A stretch of DNA of 64,000 bases, from positions 795,175-859,174 of the forward strand of contig CAWEJN010000002.1 of NCBI GenBank assembly GCA_963809405.1. Reading direction: 5' to 3'. Each line of letters opens with the position of its first letter. The stretch's first letter is position 1. The notes beneath the pieces were generated by a model, which was not told the origin of the DNA, searched no databases, and saw only the letters and a list, made by a program, of their open reading frames with translations. Below, one piece after another: positions 26,345-35,512 of this stretch. Origin of the DNA: an uncultured Actinomycetes bacterium (GTDB lineage: Bacteria > Actinomycetota > Thermoleophilia > Gaiellales > Gaiellaceae). The translations under genes were made by a program, and so were the position numbers.

Positions 26345-28053
26345 CGCTTCAGCGCCCGCTGAAGGTCGCGCCACGAGCGCGTGTTCAGCACCTGATCCTT
26401 CGTCAGCCACGCGCGCCGTGCCTGACCGATTCCGAGCTCGGCGTACCCGAGCGCGCCCACGGAGTGGGCATCGGTCGTCACCGGCACGAGGACCCCCGCC
26501 TCGCCGGCGAGGCGGGCGTGCGTGTCCCGCATGTCGAGCCGATCGGGCTGGGAGTTGATCTCGAGCACGGTCCGGGTCTCGGCGGCCCGCTCCACGATCT
26601 GCTCGATGTCGACGTCCGCGCCCTCGCGCCTGGTCAACCGGCGTCCCGTGAGATGGCCGATCGAGTCCACGTGCGGGTTGTCGATCGCCGCGAGGATCCG
26701 CTCGGTCGGCGAGCGCTCGAAGGAGGTGTGGAGCGAAGCGACGACCCAGTCGAGCTCGGCGAGCACCTCGTCCGGGACGTCGAGTCTTCCGTCCGCGCGG
26801 ATGTTCGCCTCGATCCCGCGGAGCACGCGGAACGGCTTCAGCCGCTCGTTGACCTCCTCGATCTCCTTCCACTGCCGCTCGAGCCGGCCGTCGCGGAGGT
26901 AGTGCGAGTGGTCGGTCAGACAGAGGTAGCGATAGCCGCGCCCGGCCGCAGCGGTCGCCATCTCCTCGATCGTGCCCTTCCCGTCCTGAGACCAGGTCGA
27001 GTGGCAGTGGAGCTCACCGCGAATGTCCGAGAGCTCGACGAGCTCCGGAAGCTCTCCGGCGCGGGCGGCAGCCAGCTCCCCGCTCGCCTCGCGAAGCTCC
27101 GGTGGCACGTATCCGTAGCCGAGGTATGCGTACAGCTCGTCCTCGCTCGGGTGCGTCACCACCTCTCCGCTCTCGACGGTCGAGACGCCGTACTCCGAGA
27201 TCGAGAGCCCCCGCCGCTGCGCGTCCTCGCGCAGGGCGATGTTGTGATCCTTCGAGCCGGTGAAGTGCTGGAGGACGTTGCCAAAGCACTCCGGCGCGAC
27301 CACGCGAAGGTCGAAGCGCAGGCTGTCGTGGCTCACGACCGTCGCCTTCGTGTCCCCGCGAGCGACGACCTCGGACACCCAGGCTGCTTCACAGAACGAG
27401 GCGATGAGCGCAGGGGCGTCGCTCGAGGTCGCGATCAGGTCGAGATCGCGGACGGTCTCCCGCCGCCGGCGCACGCTGCCTGCCTCGGACACCTGGATCG
27501 CCGCTGGATGCGCTTGCAGCTCGGCGACCACGCGGTGCACTGCGGGAAGCGCGCGTCCGAGGAGGCCGCGCTTCTCCTTCTGCTGGCCCGCGCCCGCCTC
27601 GAGCGCTCGGAGGATCTTCTCCTCGCTCGTCGCACCGAGGCCCGACAGCTCGCGAAGCCGCTGCTCCTCGGCCGCCGCCCGCAGAGCGTCGAGCGTGGTG
27701 ATCCCGAGCTCGGTCCAGATGCGGGCCGCGGTCTTCGGGCCGACGCCCGGGAGCCGGAGGAAATCGACGACGCCCTCCGGGACGCGCTCACGGCGTCGCT
27801 TGAGCGCCTGGATCTCGCCCTCCTCGATGATCTCGACGACCTTCCCCTCGATCGTCCGGCCCACTCCGGGCAGTTCCTTCGCCTTCCCCTCGAGCGCGAG
27901 CTCGGCGACCGGCGCGGGCGTGTCGCGGATCCGCGTCGCCGCCCGGCGGTACGCGATGATCTTGAAGGACTCCTCGCCGAGGATCTCGGAAAGGTCGGCG
28001 AGGAGGTCGAGCTGGTCGGCGACGTCCGCGTTCCGGGGCAGCGTCGTCGCCAT
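26341..28053 (-). CDS. polX: family X DNA polymerase with C-terminal PHP phosphoesterase domain
   Basis: ATG 28053. HhH motifs (LPGVGRT, LPGVGPKTAARI). Pol-beta-type catalytic segment GSVRRRRETVRDLDLIAT. PHP domain (ELHCHSTWSQDG, LCLTDHS, ASLHTS). Confidence 0.9.
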   Translation of the reverse strand: MATTLPRNADVADQLDLLADLSEILGEESFKIIAYRRAATRIRDTPAPVAELALEGKAKELPGVGRTIEGKVVEIIEEGEIQALKRRRERVPEGVVDFLRLPGVGPKTAARIWTELGITTLDALRAAAEEQRLRELSGLGATSEEKILRALEAGAGQQKEKRGLLGRALPAVHRVVAELQAHPAAIQVSEAGSVRRRRETVRDLDLIATSSDAPALIASFCEAAWVSEVVARGDTKATVVSHDSLRFDLRVVAPECFGNVLQHFTGSKDHNIALREDAQRRGLSISEYGVSTVESGEVVTHPSEDELYAYLGYGYVPPELREASGELAAARAGELPELVELSDIRGELHCHSTWSQDGKGTIEEMATAAAGRGYRYLCLTDHSHYLRDGRLERQWKEIEEVNERLKPFRVLRGIEANIRADGRLDVPDEVLAELDWVVASLHTSFERSPTERILAAIDNPHVDSIGHLTGRRLTRREGADVDIEQIVERAAETRTVLEINSQPDRLDMRDTHARLAGEAGVLVPVTTDAHSVGALGYAELGIGQARRAWLTKDQVLNTRSWRDLQRALKR

Positions 28054-28116
28054 GGGCGCGATGATAGGGAGATCGAGGTGGGGGAACCCCGGGTTCCACC
28101 GCGAACCTCCCCGAGG

Positions 28117-28869
28117 ATGCCCGAGGACACGCCCACGACCCGCCCGCGCGCAGTCGTCTGTCTCCCGACCTACAACGAGCGGGACAACCTCGAGCCGATG
28201 GTGCAAGCGCTCGCACAGGTGCTGGACACCTCGCGGGACCGCGTGCTCGTCATCGACGACTCCTCACCCGACGGCACCGGCGAGATCGCGGACCGGTTGG
28301 CGGCCGAGCTCGACTGGGTCGAGGTCCTCCACCGGCCCGTGAAGGAGGGTCTCGGACCTGCGTACATCGCCGGCTTCCGGCGCGCCCTCGGGGACGGAGC
28401 GGAGCTCGTGCTGGAGATGGACTGCGACTTCTCGCACGACCCGGCCGACGTGCCGCGGCTGATCGCAGCCGCGACGACCGGCGGGGCGGATCTCGCGCTT
28501 GGCTCGCGCTACGTCGAGGGCGGTGGCACGGGGAACTGGGGGCTCGGCCGCCGGTTCGTCTCGAAGGGCGGCTCGTTCTACGCTCGCGTCATTCTCGGCG
28601 TGCGCATACGCGACCTCACCGGCGGGTTCAAGTGCTTCCGGCGCACGGTGCTCGAGACGATCGATCTCGACAAGCTCTCGGCGCGCGGCTACGCATTCCA
28701 GATCGAGACGACCTATCGCGTGATCCGGGCGGGCTTCGGCGTCGTCGAGGTGCCCATCCAGTTCGTCGACCGGCGCGTCGGCGAGTCGAAGATGACGCGC
28801 GCGATCGTCGCCGAGGCGATGTGGAAGGTCCCCGGGCTCAGGTTCCGCGCGCTCACCGGACGCCTGTAG
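28117..28869 (+). CDS. polyprenol-phosphate mannosyltransferase (GT2, Ppm1/DPM1-like)
   Basis: ATG 28117. Contains VCLPTYNERDNL, VIDDSSPDGTG, EMDCDFSHDP and GFKCFRR. Confidence 0.85.
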   Translation: MPEDTPTTRPRAVVCLPTYNERDNLEPMVQALAQVLDTSRDRVLVIDDSSPDGTGEIADRLAAELDWVEVLHRPVKEGLGPAYIAGFRRALGDGAELVLEMDCDFSHDPADVPRLIAAATTGGADLALGSRYVEGGGTGNWGLGRRFVSKGGSFYARVILGVRIRDLTGGFKCFRRTVLETIDLDKLSARGYAFQIETTYRVIRAGFGVVEVPIQFVDRRVGESKMTRAIVAEAMWKVPGLRFRALTGRL

Positions 28870-29183
28870 TGGACGAGGTCACCGACGCGACGTTCGCGGA
28901 CGAGGTGCTCGCCTCGCCGGTGCCCGTGATCGTCGACTTCTGGGCGCCGTGGTGCGGGCCGTGCGAGGCGATCGAGCCGCACCTCCGGGCGATCGCCGCG
29001 GAGCACGAGGGGCGGGTCCGCCTCGTCCGCCTCGACGTCGACGTCAACCTCGCCGTCCCGAGCCAGTACGGCGTCCTCTCGCTGCCGACGGTCATCCTCT
29101 TCTCGGGCGGCGAAGCGCGCGCGACCGTCTACGGCGCCCAGCCGCGTAAGCGGTTCGAGCGCGCATTCTCACCATTCGTCTGA
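28869..29183 (+). CDS. trxA: thioredoxin
   Basis: 104 aa with the DFWAPWCGPC active site. GTG overlaps the upstream TAG by 1 nt. Confidence 0.9.
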   Translation: MDEVTDATFADEVLASPVPVIVDFWAPWCGPCEAIEPHLRAIAAEHEGRVRLVRLDVDVNLAVPSQYGVLSLPTVILFSGGEARATVYGAQPRKRFERAFSPFV

Positions 29184-29201
29184 CCGTGCTACCTTCGCCG
29201 T

Positions 29202-29570
29202 GTGAGCACCGCGCAGGCGAGCGATGTCGCGAGCCGGTTCCTCGACGCACTCACTCGACACGACTTCGATGCCGTCGCTGGCGCGTTCCTGCGAGACGCA
29301 CGGCTCCGAGGGCTCGTCCCGGCTGCCCTGCGGGAGCTCGAGGGGCCTGAAGCGATCGCCGAGCGGCTCCGCATGTGGACGGGAGACGGAGAGGTCGTCG
29401 AGTCCGGCTGCGAGGACTTCGCGGATGTCGTGAAGCTGCGGTGGCGCGTGCGCGAGACGGACGACGACGGGCGACTCGTCGTCTTCGAGCAGACGGCGTA
29501 TGCCGAGATCGGCGACGACGGGTTCGCCTGGATGAACCTCGTCTGCTCCGGCCAGCGACCGGCCGACTGA
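29202..29570 (+). CDS. NTF2/SnoaL-like fold small protein (hypothetical)
   Basis: 122 aa. The N-terminal pattern (VASRFLDALTRHDFDAVAGAF) resembles SnoaL-like/NTF2 domains. Weak assignment. Confidence 0.5.
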   Translation: MSTAQASDVASRFLDALTRHDFDAVAGAFLRDARLRGLVPAALRELEGPEAIAERLRMWTGDGEVVESGCEDFADVVKLRWRVRETDDDGRLVVFEQTAYAEIGDDGFAWMNLVCSGQRPAD

Positions 29571-31841
29571 AGACGCTCGCTGGCAGCTGGGCTGACCTGC
29601 TCGAGGGCGAGGAGATCGCCTACCGGGGGCTGGAGCCAGCCCGCGCTGCGCGGACGGAGCCCCTGCCGGACGACCTCGATCCGCGCCTCGCCTCGGCGCT
29701 CGTCGCGAACGGCGTCACCGCGCTCTACCGCCATCAGGCCGAGGCGTGGGAGGCGGCACGGCGCGGCGAGAACGTCGTCGTCACGACGGGCACGGCGTCG
29801 GGGAAGTCGCTCGCCTTCAACCTTCCCGTGCTCGACGCCGATCGCGCGCGATCCGAAGACGCGCGCGCTCTACCTGTACCCGACGAAGGCGCTCGCGCAG
29901 GATCAGCTCCGAGCGCTCTCGGAGCTCCGCCTGAAAGGGCTCAAGCCGGCGATCTACGACGGCGACACGCCAGGCGAGCGCCGCTGGCAGATCAGGAAGT
30001 GGTCGAATCTCGTCCTCACGAACCCGGACATGCTCCACGTCGGCGTCCTCCCGCATCACGACCGCTGGGGCGACGTCCTCTCGAACCTCCGCTTCGTCGT
30101 CGTCGACGAGGCGCACGTGTACCGGGGAGTCTTCGGCTCGCACGTCGGGAACGTCCTCCGCCGCCTCCGCCGCCTCGCGCGGATCTACGACGCCGATCCG
30201 CAGCTCCTGCTGGCGACCGCGACGATCGCGAACGCGGGCGAACTCGCGCTCACGCTGACAGGAGAGCCGGCTACCACGATCGAGCGGGACACGTCGCCGA
30301 GCGCGGAGCGCGAGATCGCGATCTGGAACCCGCCGCTCCTCGACGCCGATCTCGGCCAGCGCGCGAGCGCGCTCGGCGACGCGGCCCGGATCATGTCCGG
30401 ACTCACCTCGCGCGGGCTGCGGACGATCTGCTTCGCGAAGAGCCGGAAGGCTGCGGAGCTCATCCACCGCTTCACCGTCGAGCGGGTCGATACCGAGACG
30501 GCCCGCCGCCTCGCCCCGTACCGGGCGGGCTACACGGCAGAGCAACGGCGCGACATCGAGCGTCGCCTGGTCGCGGGCGAGCTCCTCGGCGTGACGGCGA
30601 CCGACGCGCTCGAGCTCGGCATCGACATCGGCCTCCTCGACTGTGCGATCTCGGTCGGGTTCCCGGGAACGATCGCTTCGCTGCGCCAGCAGTGGGGTCG
30701 TGCGGGCCGCCGCGAGCGCGGGCTCGCCGTCCTCGTCGCGAGCGAGGACGCGCTCGACCAGTTCTTCGCGCGCGAGCCGGACGCACTCCTCTCGCGTCGC
30801 GTCGAGGCCGCGATCCTCGACCACACGAACCCGCGGATCCTCGACCCACACGTGTACGCGGCCGCCTACGAGGCGCCGCTCGACGACACCGACGCGGCCG
30901 AGCTCGGGCCGGAGGCGCTCGAGCGCGCCGCCCAGCTCCCGGAGCTCGAGCGCACCTCAGCGGGATACGTCTGGAAGGGACGTGACTATCCAGCCGCGCG
31001 CATCTCGCTCCGCTCCGGCGACGCAGACGCGTTCACGGTCGTCGAGCGGGAGAGCGGAGCGCTCCTCGGCCTCGTCGAGCGGGAGCGCGCGTACTCGACG
31101 GTCCACGAGGGGGCGGTGTATCTCCACCTCGGCGAGCAGTACCTCGTCGAGGAGCTCGACCACGAGGGCCGCGTGGCGCTCGTCGTCTCCGCCGGTGTCG
31201 ACTGGTACACGCAGGTGAAGAAGGAGTCCGAGACGACGATCGAGAGGGCCGAGCGAGTCGAGCCCAGGCTCGGCGTCGATCTCCACTTCGGGCGCGTCTC
31301 CGTCTCCGAGCAGGTCGTCGCATACGCGCGCAAGACGATTCGCGACGGATCGACGATCGACGTCGTGCCGCTCCTCATGCCGGAGACGACGTTCGAGACG
31401 GAGGCGATCTGGTTCTCCCCGACGGACGCGCACCTGGCCGGGCTCGAGCAGATGCCGAAGCTCCTCGGGACGCTCCACGCAGCGGAGCACGCGCTCATCG
31501 CCCTCCTGCCACTGCAGGCGATGTGCGACCGCTGGGACATCGGCGGCCTCTCGACCAACGTCCACTACCAGACCGGCCGCCCGACGATCTTCGTCTACGA
31601 CGGCCACGCGGGCGGCGTCGGGATCACCGCCCGTGGCTTCGATCGGTTCGACGGCTGGGTCGAGGACACCTTCCGGCTGCTCGAGTCCTGCCCGTGCTCG
31701 AGCGGCTGCCCATCGTGCGTGCAGAGCCCGAAGTGCGGCAACCTCAACGAGCCGCTCGACAAGAGCGGCGCGCGGAAGCTCCTCGGACGGATGCTGGGCG
31801 CAGGTGCCGATTCTCGGGCACGCCGGTCGTCGTCAGGATGA
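29567..31841 (+). pseudogene. DEAD/DEAH-box helicase with C-terminal DUF1998/MrfA-type Zn-binding domain; apparent frameshift near 29840-29853
   Basis: N-terminal part (LYRHQAEAWEAARRGENVVVTTGTASGKSLAFNLPVLDA, Walker A) is in frame 2. Continuation (IARDPKTRALYLYPTKALAQDQ ... VVVDEAH ... C-terminal CPCSSGCPSCV..PKCGN) is in frame 0. No ATG/GTG is available for the N-terminus, so CTG 29567 overlapping the upstream stop is the best candidate. May be intact if the indel is a sequencing error. Confidence 0.7.
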
Positions 31842-31860
31842 ACCGGCGAAAGGAGGATCG

Positions 31861-32226
31861 ATGAAGTTCATCGCACTGATCTACGGCGACGAGGCAGGCT
31901 GGGAGGCGGCGTCGGGCGAGGAGCGCTCGGAGCTCATCGGGCGATACCTGTCTGTCTCCGACGAAATGCGAGCGGCAGGCGTCTACGTCGACGCCAACCA
32001 GCTCACGCCCACGGGCGACGCGACGAGCGTCAGGGTTCGCGATGCAGAGGCGCTCGTGATCGACGGCCCCTATGCGGAGGTGAAGGAAGCGCTCGGCGGC
32101 TACTACATCCTCGAGTGCGACTCGATGGACGATGCGCTCGACTGGGCGGCACGGATCCCCGCAGCCGAGGACGGCGCCGTCGAGGTCCGGCCCGTCTACG
32201 TCGACCAGGACGAGGAGCAGCTGTGA
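31861..32226 (+). CDS. YciI/DGPF-family protein 1
   Basis: ATG 31861 preceded by AAAGGAGGA. 121 aa with DGPYAEVKEALGGYYILEC. Confidence 0.8.
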   Translation: MKFIALIYGDEAGWEAASGEERSELIGRYLSVSDEMRAAGVYVDANQLTPTGDATSVRVRDAEALVIDGPYAEVKEALGGYYILECDSMDDALDWAARIPAAEDGAVEVRPVYVDQDEEQL

Positions 32227-32579
32227 AGTACGCACTCCTCATCTACGGAACGGACACCGGCTGGGCGGACCTGTCCGACGAGCAGAAGGTCGAGCTCCGC
32301 GCGGACGTGATGCCGCGCTGGCTCGGGCTCTTCGACGAGCTTCGGCGAGTCGATCCGGGCGTCGCGGGTCAGGAGCTCGACGAGCGGAGGACGGCGAAGG
32401 TCGTCCGCGTCCGGGACGGCGAGCGGGTCGTGACAGACGGACCGTTCGCGGAGACCAAGGAGTACATCGGCGGGCTGTTCGTCATCGACCTGCCCGACCT
32501 CGACGAGGCGATCAGGCTTGCGTCGCTCATCCCGACCGCGGAGACGGGGGCGATCGAGATCCGGCCCCTGGTCGTCTGA
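32223..32579 (+). CDS. YciI/DGPF-family protein 2
   Basis: GTG 32223 overlaps the upstream stop (GTGA). 118 aa with DGPFAETKEYIGGLFVIDL. Confidence 0.8.
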   Translation: MKYALLIYGTDTGWADLSDEQKVELRADVMPRWLGLFDELRRVDPGVAGQELDERRTAKVVRVRDGERVVTDGPFAETKEYIGGLFVIDLPDLDEAIRLASLIPTAETGAIEIRPLVV

Positions 32580-32594
32580 GGGAGCCGCCGGCGA

Positions 32595-33800
32595 GTGGCA
32601 GATGTCGTCGAGAAGGCCTTCCGGGAGGAGTGGGGCCGTGCGGTCGCGATCCTCACGAAAGCGCTTGGAGATCTGGAGCTCGCCGAGGATGCCGTCCAGG
32701 ACGCATTCGCGACCGCGCTCGAGCGCTGGCCGCACGACGGTCTGCCGCGGAACCCCGGGGCGTGGATCGTCACGACCGCGCGGAATCGCGCGATCGACCG
32801 CATCCGGCGTGACCGCGTCTTCCAGCAGAAGGCAGAGCAACTCGCACGCGTCGAGGCACTCCCGGCGGAGGAGGACGAGGTGAGCGCAATCCCGGACGAG
32901 CGCCTCGCGCTCATCTTCACTTGCTGCCATCCCGCCCTCGCCCCCGAGAGCCGGATCGCCCTCACGCTCCGCGAGGTCGGAGGTCTGGCCACGCCGGAGA
33001 TCGCCCGCGCCTTCTTGGTTCCCGAGCCGACGATGGCTCAGCGGCTGGTCCGCGCGAAGCGCAAGATCCGTGCGGCGGGGATCCCGTTCCGCGTCCCACC
33101 GGACCACCTTCTGCCGGAGCGCCTGCGACCGGTGCTCGCCGTCCTCTACCTCGTGTTCAACGAGGGGTACGCAGCCACCGCGGGCGCCGACCACGTCCGC
33201 GACGACCTGTGCGACGAGGCGATCAGGCTCGGGAAGCTGCTCGCGGTGCTGATGCCCGACGAGCCGGAGGCACTCGGGCTTCTCGCGCTCATGCTCTTCC
33301 AGGACTCGCGGCGGCGGGCACGAGTCGACGCCGCCGGTGAGCTCGTCCTGCTCGAGGACCAGGACCGCTCGCTCTGGGACACCAAGCGCATCGACGAGGG
33401 CCTGCGCGTCCTCCAGCGCGCCGCGATGCTTCGTCGGGTCGGCCCGTACCAGCTCCAGGCGGCGATCGCCGGCGCGCACTCGGAGAGTCGGCCCTGGCGC
33501 GAGATCGTCGAGCTCTACGACCGCCTCGCGCAACTTGATCCATCGCCGATCGTCTCGTTGAACCGAGCCGTCGCGGTCGCGCTCTCGGGCAATCTCGAGG
33601 AAGGTCTCGCGCTCGTCGACGAGCTCGATGAGCTCGATGAGCTGGACGGCTACCACTTGCTGCACGCGGCTCGTGCCGATCTCTTGAGGCGGCTCGGTCG
33701 CGACGAGGACGCGGCGACGGAGTACCGTCGCGCGATCGAGATGACCGCGAACGAGCCCGAGCGCCGCTATCTCGAGCGGCGGCTAGCCGAGGTGGCGTAG
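32595..33800 (+). CDS. ECF sigma factor with C-terminal TPR-like extension (ECF42-type)
   Basis: 401 aa. Sigma-2 region ([33 protein letters not shown]). Sigma-4 region ([37 protein letters not shown]). Long helical C-terminal extension. The genomic link to DGPF genes is the known ECF42 context. Confidence 0.85.
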   Translation: MADVVEKAFREEWGRAVAILTKALGDLELAEDAVQDAFATALERWPHDGLPRNPGAWIVTTARNRAIDRIRRDRVFQQKAEQLARVEALPAEEDEVSAIPDERLALIFTCCHPALAPESRIALTLREVGGLATPEIARAFLVPEPTMAQRLVRAKRKIRAAGIPFRVPPDHLLPERLRPVLAVLYLVFNEGYAATAGADHVRDDLCDEAIRLGKLLAVLMPDEPEALGLLALMLFQDSRRRARVDAAGELVLLEDQDRSLWDTKRIDEGLRVLQRAAMLRRVGPYQLQAAIAGAHSESRPWREIVELYDRLAQLDPSPIVSLNRAVAVALSGNLEEGLALVDELDELDELDGYHLLHAARADLLRRLGRDEDAATEYRRAIEMTANEPERRYLERRLAEVA

Positions 33801-34241
33801 GACGAGCTCGACCGCCTCGGCGGGTGAGGACGCTCGTTCGACACCGTCGACCTCGGGCGCCCCCGGAAGCCCGACCACGGGACGGCCGAGCCGGAGCGCG
33901 AACCCGATCTCCGCGAGCGTCCCGTAGCTCCCGCCGACCGCGACGACGGCGTCACCGGACGCTGCGACCGCGAGGTTCCGTGCGTGCCCGATGCCGGTGA
34001 CGACGACGTAGTCGGCCCAGGGATTCGCGTCCTCCCGGCGCTCGCCCGGGAGGATCGCAATCGTCGTCCCGCCGGCGGCCTTCGCTCCGCGATGTGCCGC
34101 GGCCATCACCTCCCCCAGACCGCCCGTCACCACCGTGCAGCCGCGCTCGGCGAGAAGGCGCCCGACCTCCTCGGCGGCTGCCTCGTGCTCCTGCCCGCTG
34201 CCGATAACCGAGACCTGCACCGCCACGACCGTGCTAAGCAT
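33783..34241 (-). CDS. TIGR00725/LOG-like Rossmann-fold protein
   Basis: Contains [24 protein letters not shown] and [14 protein letters not shown] (PGGxGTxxE-like). Start at ATG 34241 or GTG 34220. The 3' end overlaps the sigma gene by 18 nt (convergent). Confidence 0.7.
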   Translation of the reverse strand: MLSTVVAVQVSVIGSGQEHEAAAEEVGRLLAERGCTVVTGGLGEVMAAAHRGAKAAGGTTIAILPGERREDANPWADYVVVTGIGHARNLAVAASGDAVVAVGGSYGTLAEIGFALRLGRPVVGLPGAPEVDGVERASSPAEAVELVLRHLG

Positions 34242-34246
34242 GACGC

Positions 34247-35512
34247 GTGGAGGTTCGCGAGGCACGCGGCGGCACCCTCGTCCTCGGCGGCGGGTTCGCC
34301 GGGAGCTATGTCGCGCGGCTGCTCGGCAAGCGGGGGTCGACGATCCTCTCGACCGAGAACTACATGCTCTACACGCCGCTGCTCGTGGAGGCAGGGTCGG
34401 GCACCCTCGAGCCGAGGCATGTCGTCGTCCCGCTCCGCCAGATGTGCCCGCACGCCGACCTCCTGCTCGGGGGAGCGACCGGCCTCGACGAGGAGCGGCG
34501 CCTGGTCCGGGCCGACACGCTCGCCGGCGCGCTCGAGATCCACTACGAGCAGCTCGTGCTCGCTCTCGGCTCCATCGCGCGCGTCTTCCCCGTGCCGGGA
34601 CTGCGCGAGCACGGCGTCGGCTTCAAGGACCTCGCCGACGCCATCGCCCTCCGCAATCGCGTGCTCCAGCAGCTCGAGCGGGCCGCGATCCAGCCCGACC
34701 TTCCGGAGGAACTCGGCTTCGTCTTCGTCGGCGCCGGCTACGCGGGCGTCGAGGCGCTCGGAGAGCTGAACGACCTGGCGCACGCCGCCCTCCGCTTCTA
34801 CCCGAACCTCCGGAACGTGCCCCAGCGCTGGGTGCTCGTGGACGCCGCGCCAAAGATCCTCCCGGAGATCCCGCGGCGCCTCGGCGAGTACGCGGCGCGC
34901 CACCTCGAGAAACGCGGGGTCGAGATCCACGTCGAGACGACGCTCTCCTCCTACGACGGACGCGAGGCCGTCCTCTCGAACGGCGCCACCATCCCCGCTC
35001 GGACGGTCGTCTGGACGGCCGGCGTTCGCGCGAACCCGCTCCTCGGCGAGCTCGGTCTCCCGCTCGACGAGCGAGGGCGAGTGCGCGTCGACCCGTTCCT
35101 ACACGTCGAGAGCCGCGAGAACGTGTGGGCGCTCGGGGACTGCGCAGCGGTACCGAATACGCGCACTCCCGGTGCGGTCGACCCGCCGACGTCCCAGCAC
35201 GCGCTCCGCCAGGCTCGGCGGCTGACGAAGAACCTGACTCGTGCCCAACCGGAGCCGTACGGCTACCGCATGCTCGGCCAGGTGGCGACCCTCGGCCGCT
35301 ACAAGGGGATCGCGGAGATCCCCGGGGTGCGGCTGCGCGGCTTCCCCGGCTGGTTCGTCGCGCGGACGTACCACCTGTACCAGCTTCCGCTGCTCTCCCG
35401 GAAGCTGCGCGTCGTCCTCGACTGGACGGTGGCGCTCCTCTTCCGCCGGGACGTCGTGGAGCTCTCGGTACTCGGACACCCGCGCGGGCTCGAGGAGCCT
35501 CCCGGCGACTAG
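34247..35512 (+). CDS. ndh: type II NADH dehydrogenase (NDH-2)
   Basis: 421 aa. Two dinucleotide-binding motifs (VLGGGFAGSY, FVGAGYAGVE), plus TVVWTAGV and ALGDCA. Confidence 0.85.
   Translation: MEVREARGGTLVLGGGFAGSYVARLLGKRGSTILSTENYMLYTPLLVEAGSGTLEPRHVVVPLRQMCPHADLLLGGATGLDEERRLVRADTLAGALEIHYEQLVLALGSIARVFPVPGLREHGVGFKDLADAIALRNRVLQQLERAAIQPDLPEELGFVFVGAGYAGVEALGELNDLAHAALRFYPNLRNVPQRWVLVDAAPKILPEIPRRLGEYAARHLEKRGVEIHVETTLSSYDGREAVLSNGATIPARTVVWTAGVRANPLLGELGLPLDERGRVRVDPFLHVESRENVWALGDCAAVPNTRTPGAVDPPTSQHALRQARRLTKNLTRAQPEPYGYRMLGQVATLGRYKGIAEIPGVRLRGFPGWFVARTYHLYQLPLLSRKLRVVLDWTVALLFRRDVVELSVLGHPRGLEEPPGD

Noticed and set aside
29567-31841. DUF1998 helicase as part of a DISARM-like or other anti-phage defence system
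   Set aside because: No methyltransferase, PLD nuclease, SNF2 or second DUF1998 gene is adjacent. The neighbours are thioredoxin, an NTF2-like protein and the ECF42/DGPF module. The architecture matches the housekeeping MrfA/YprA-type repair helicase.
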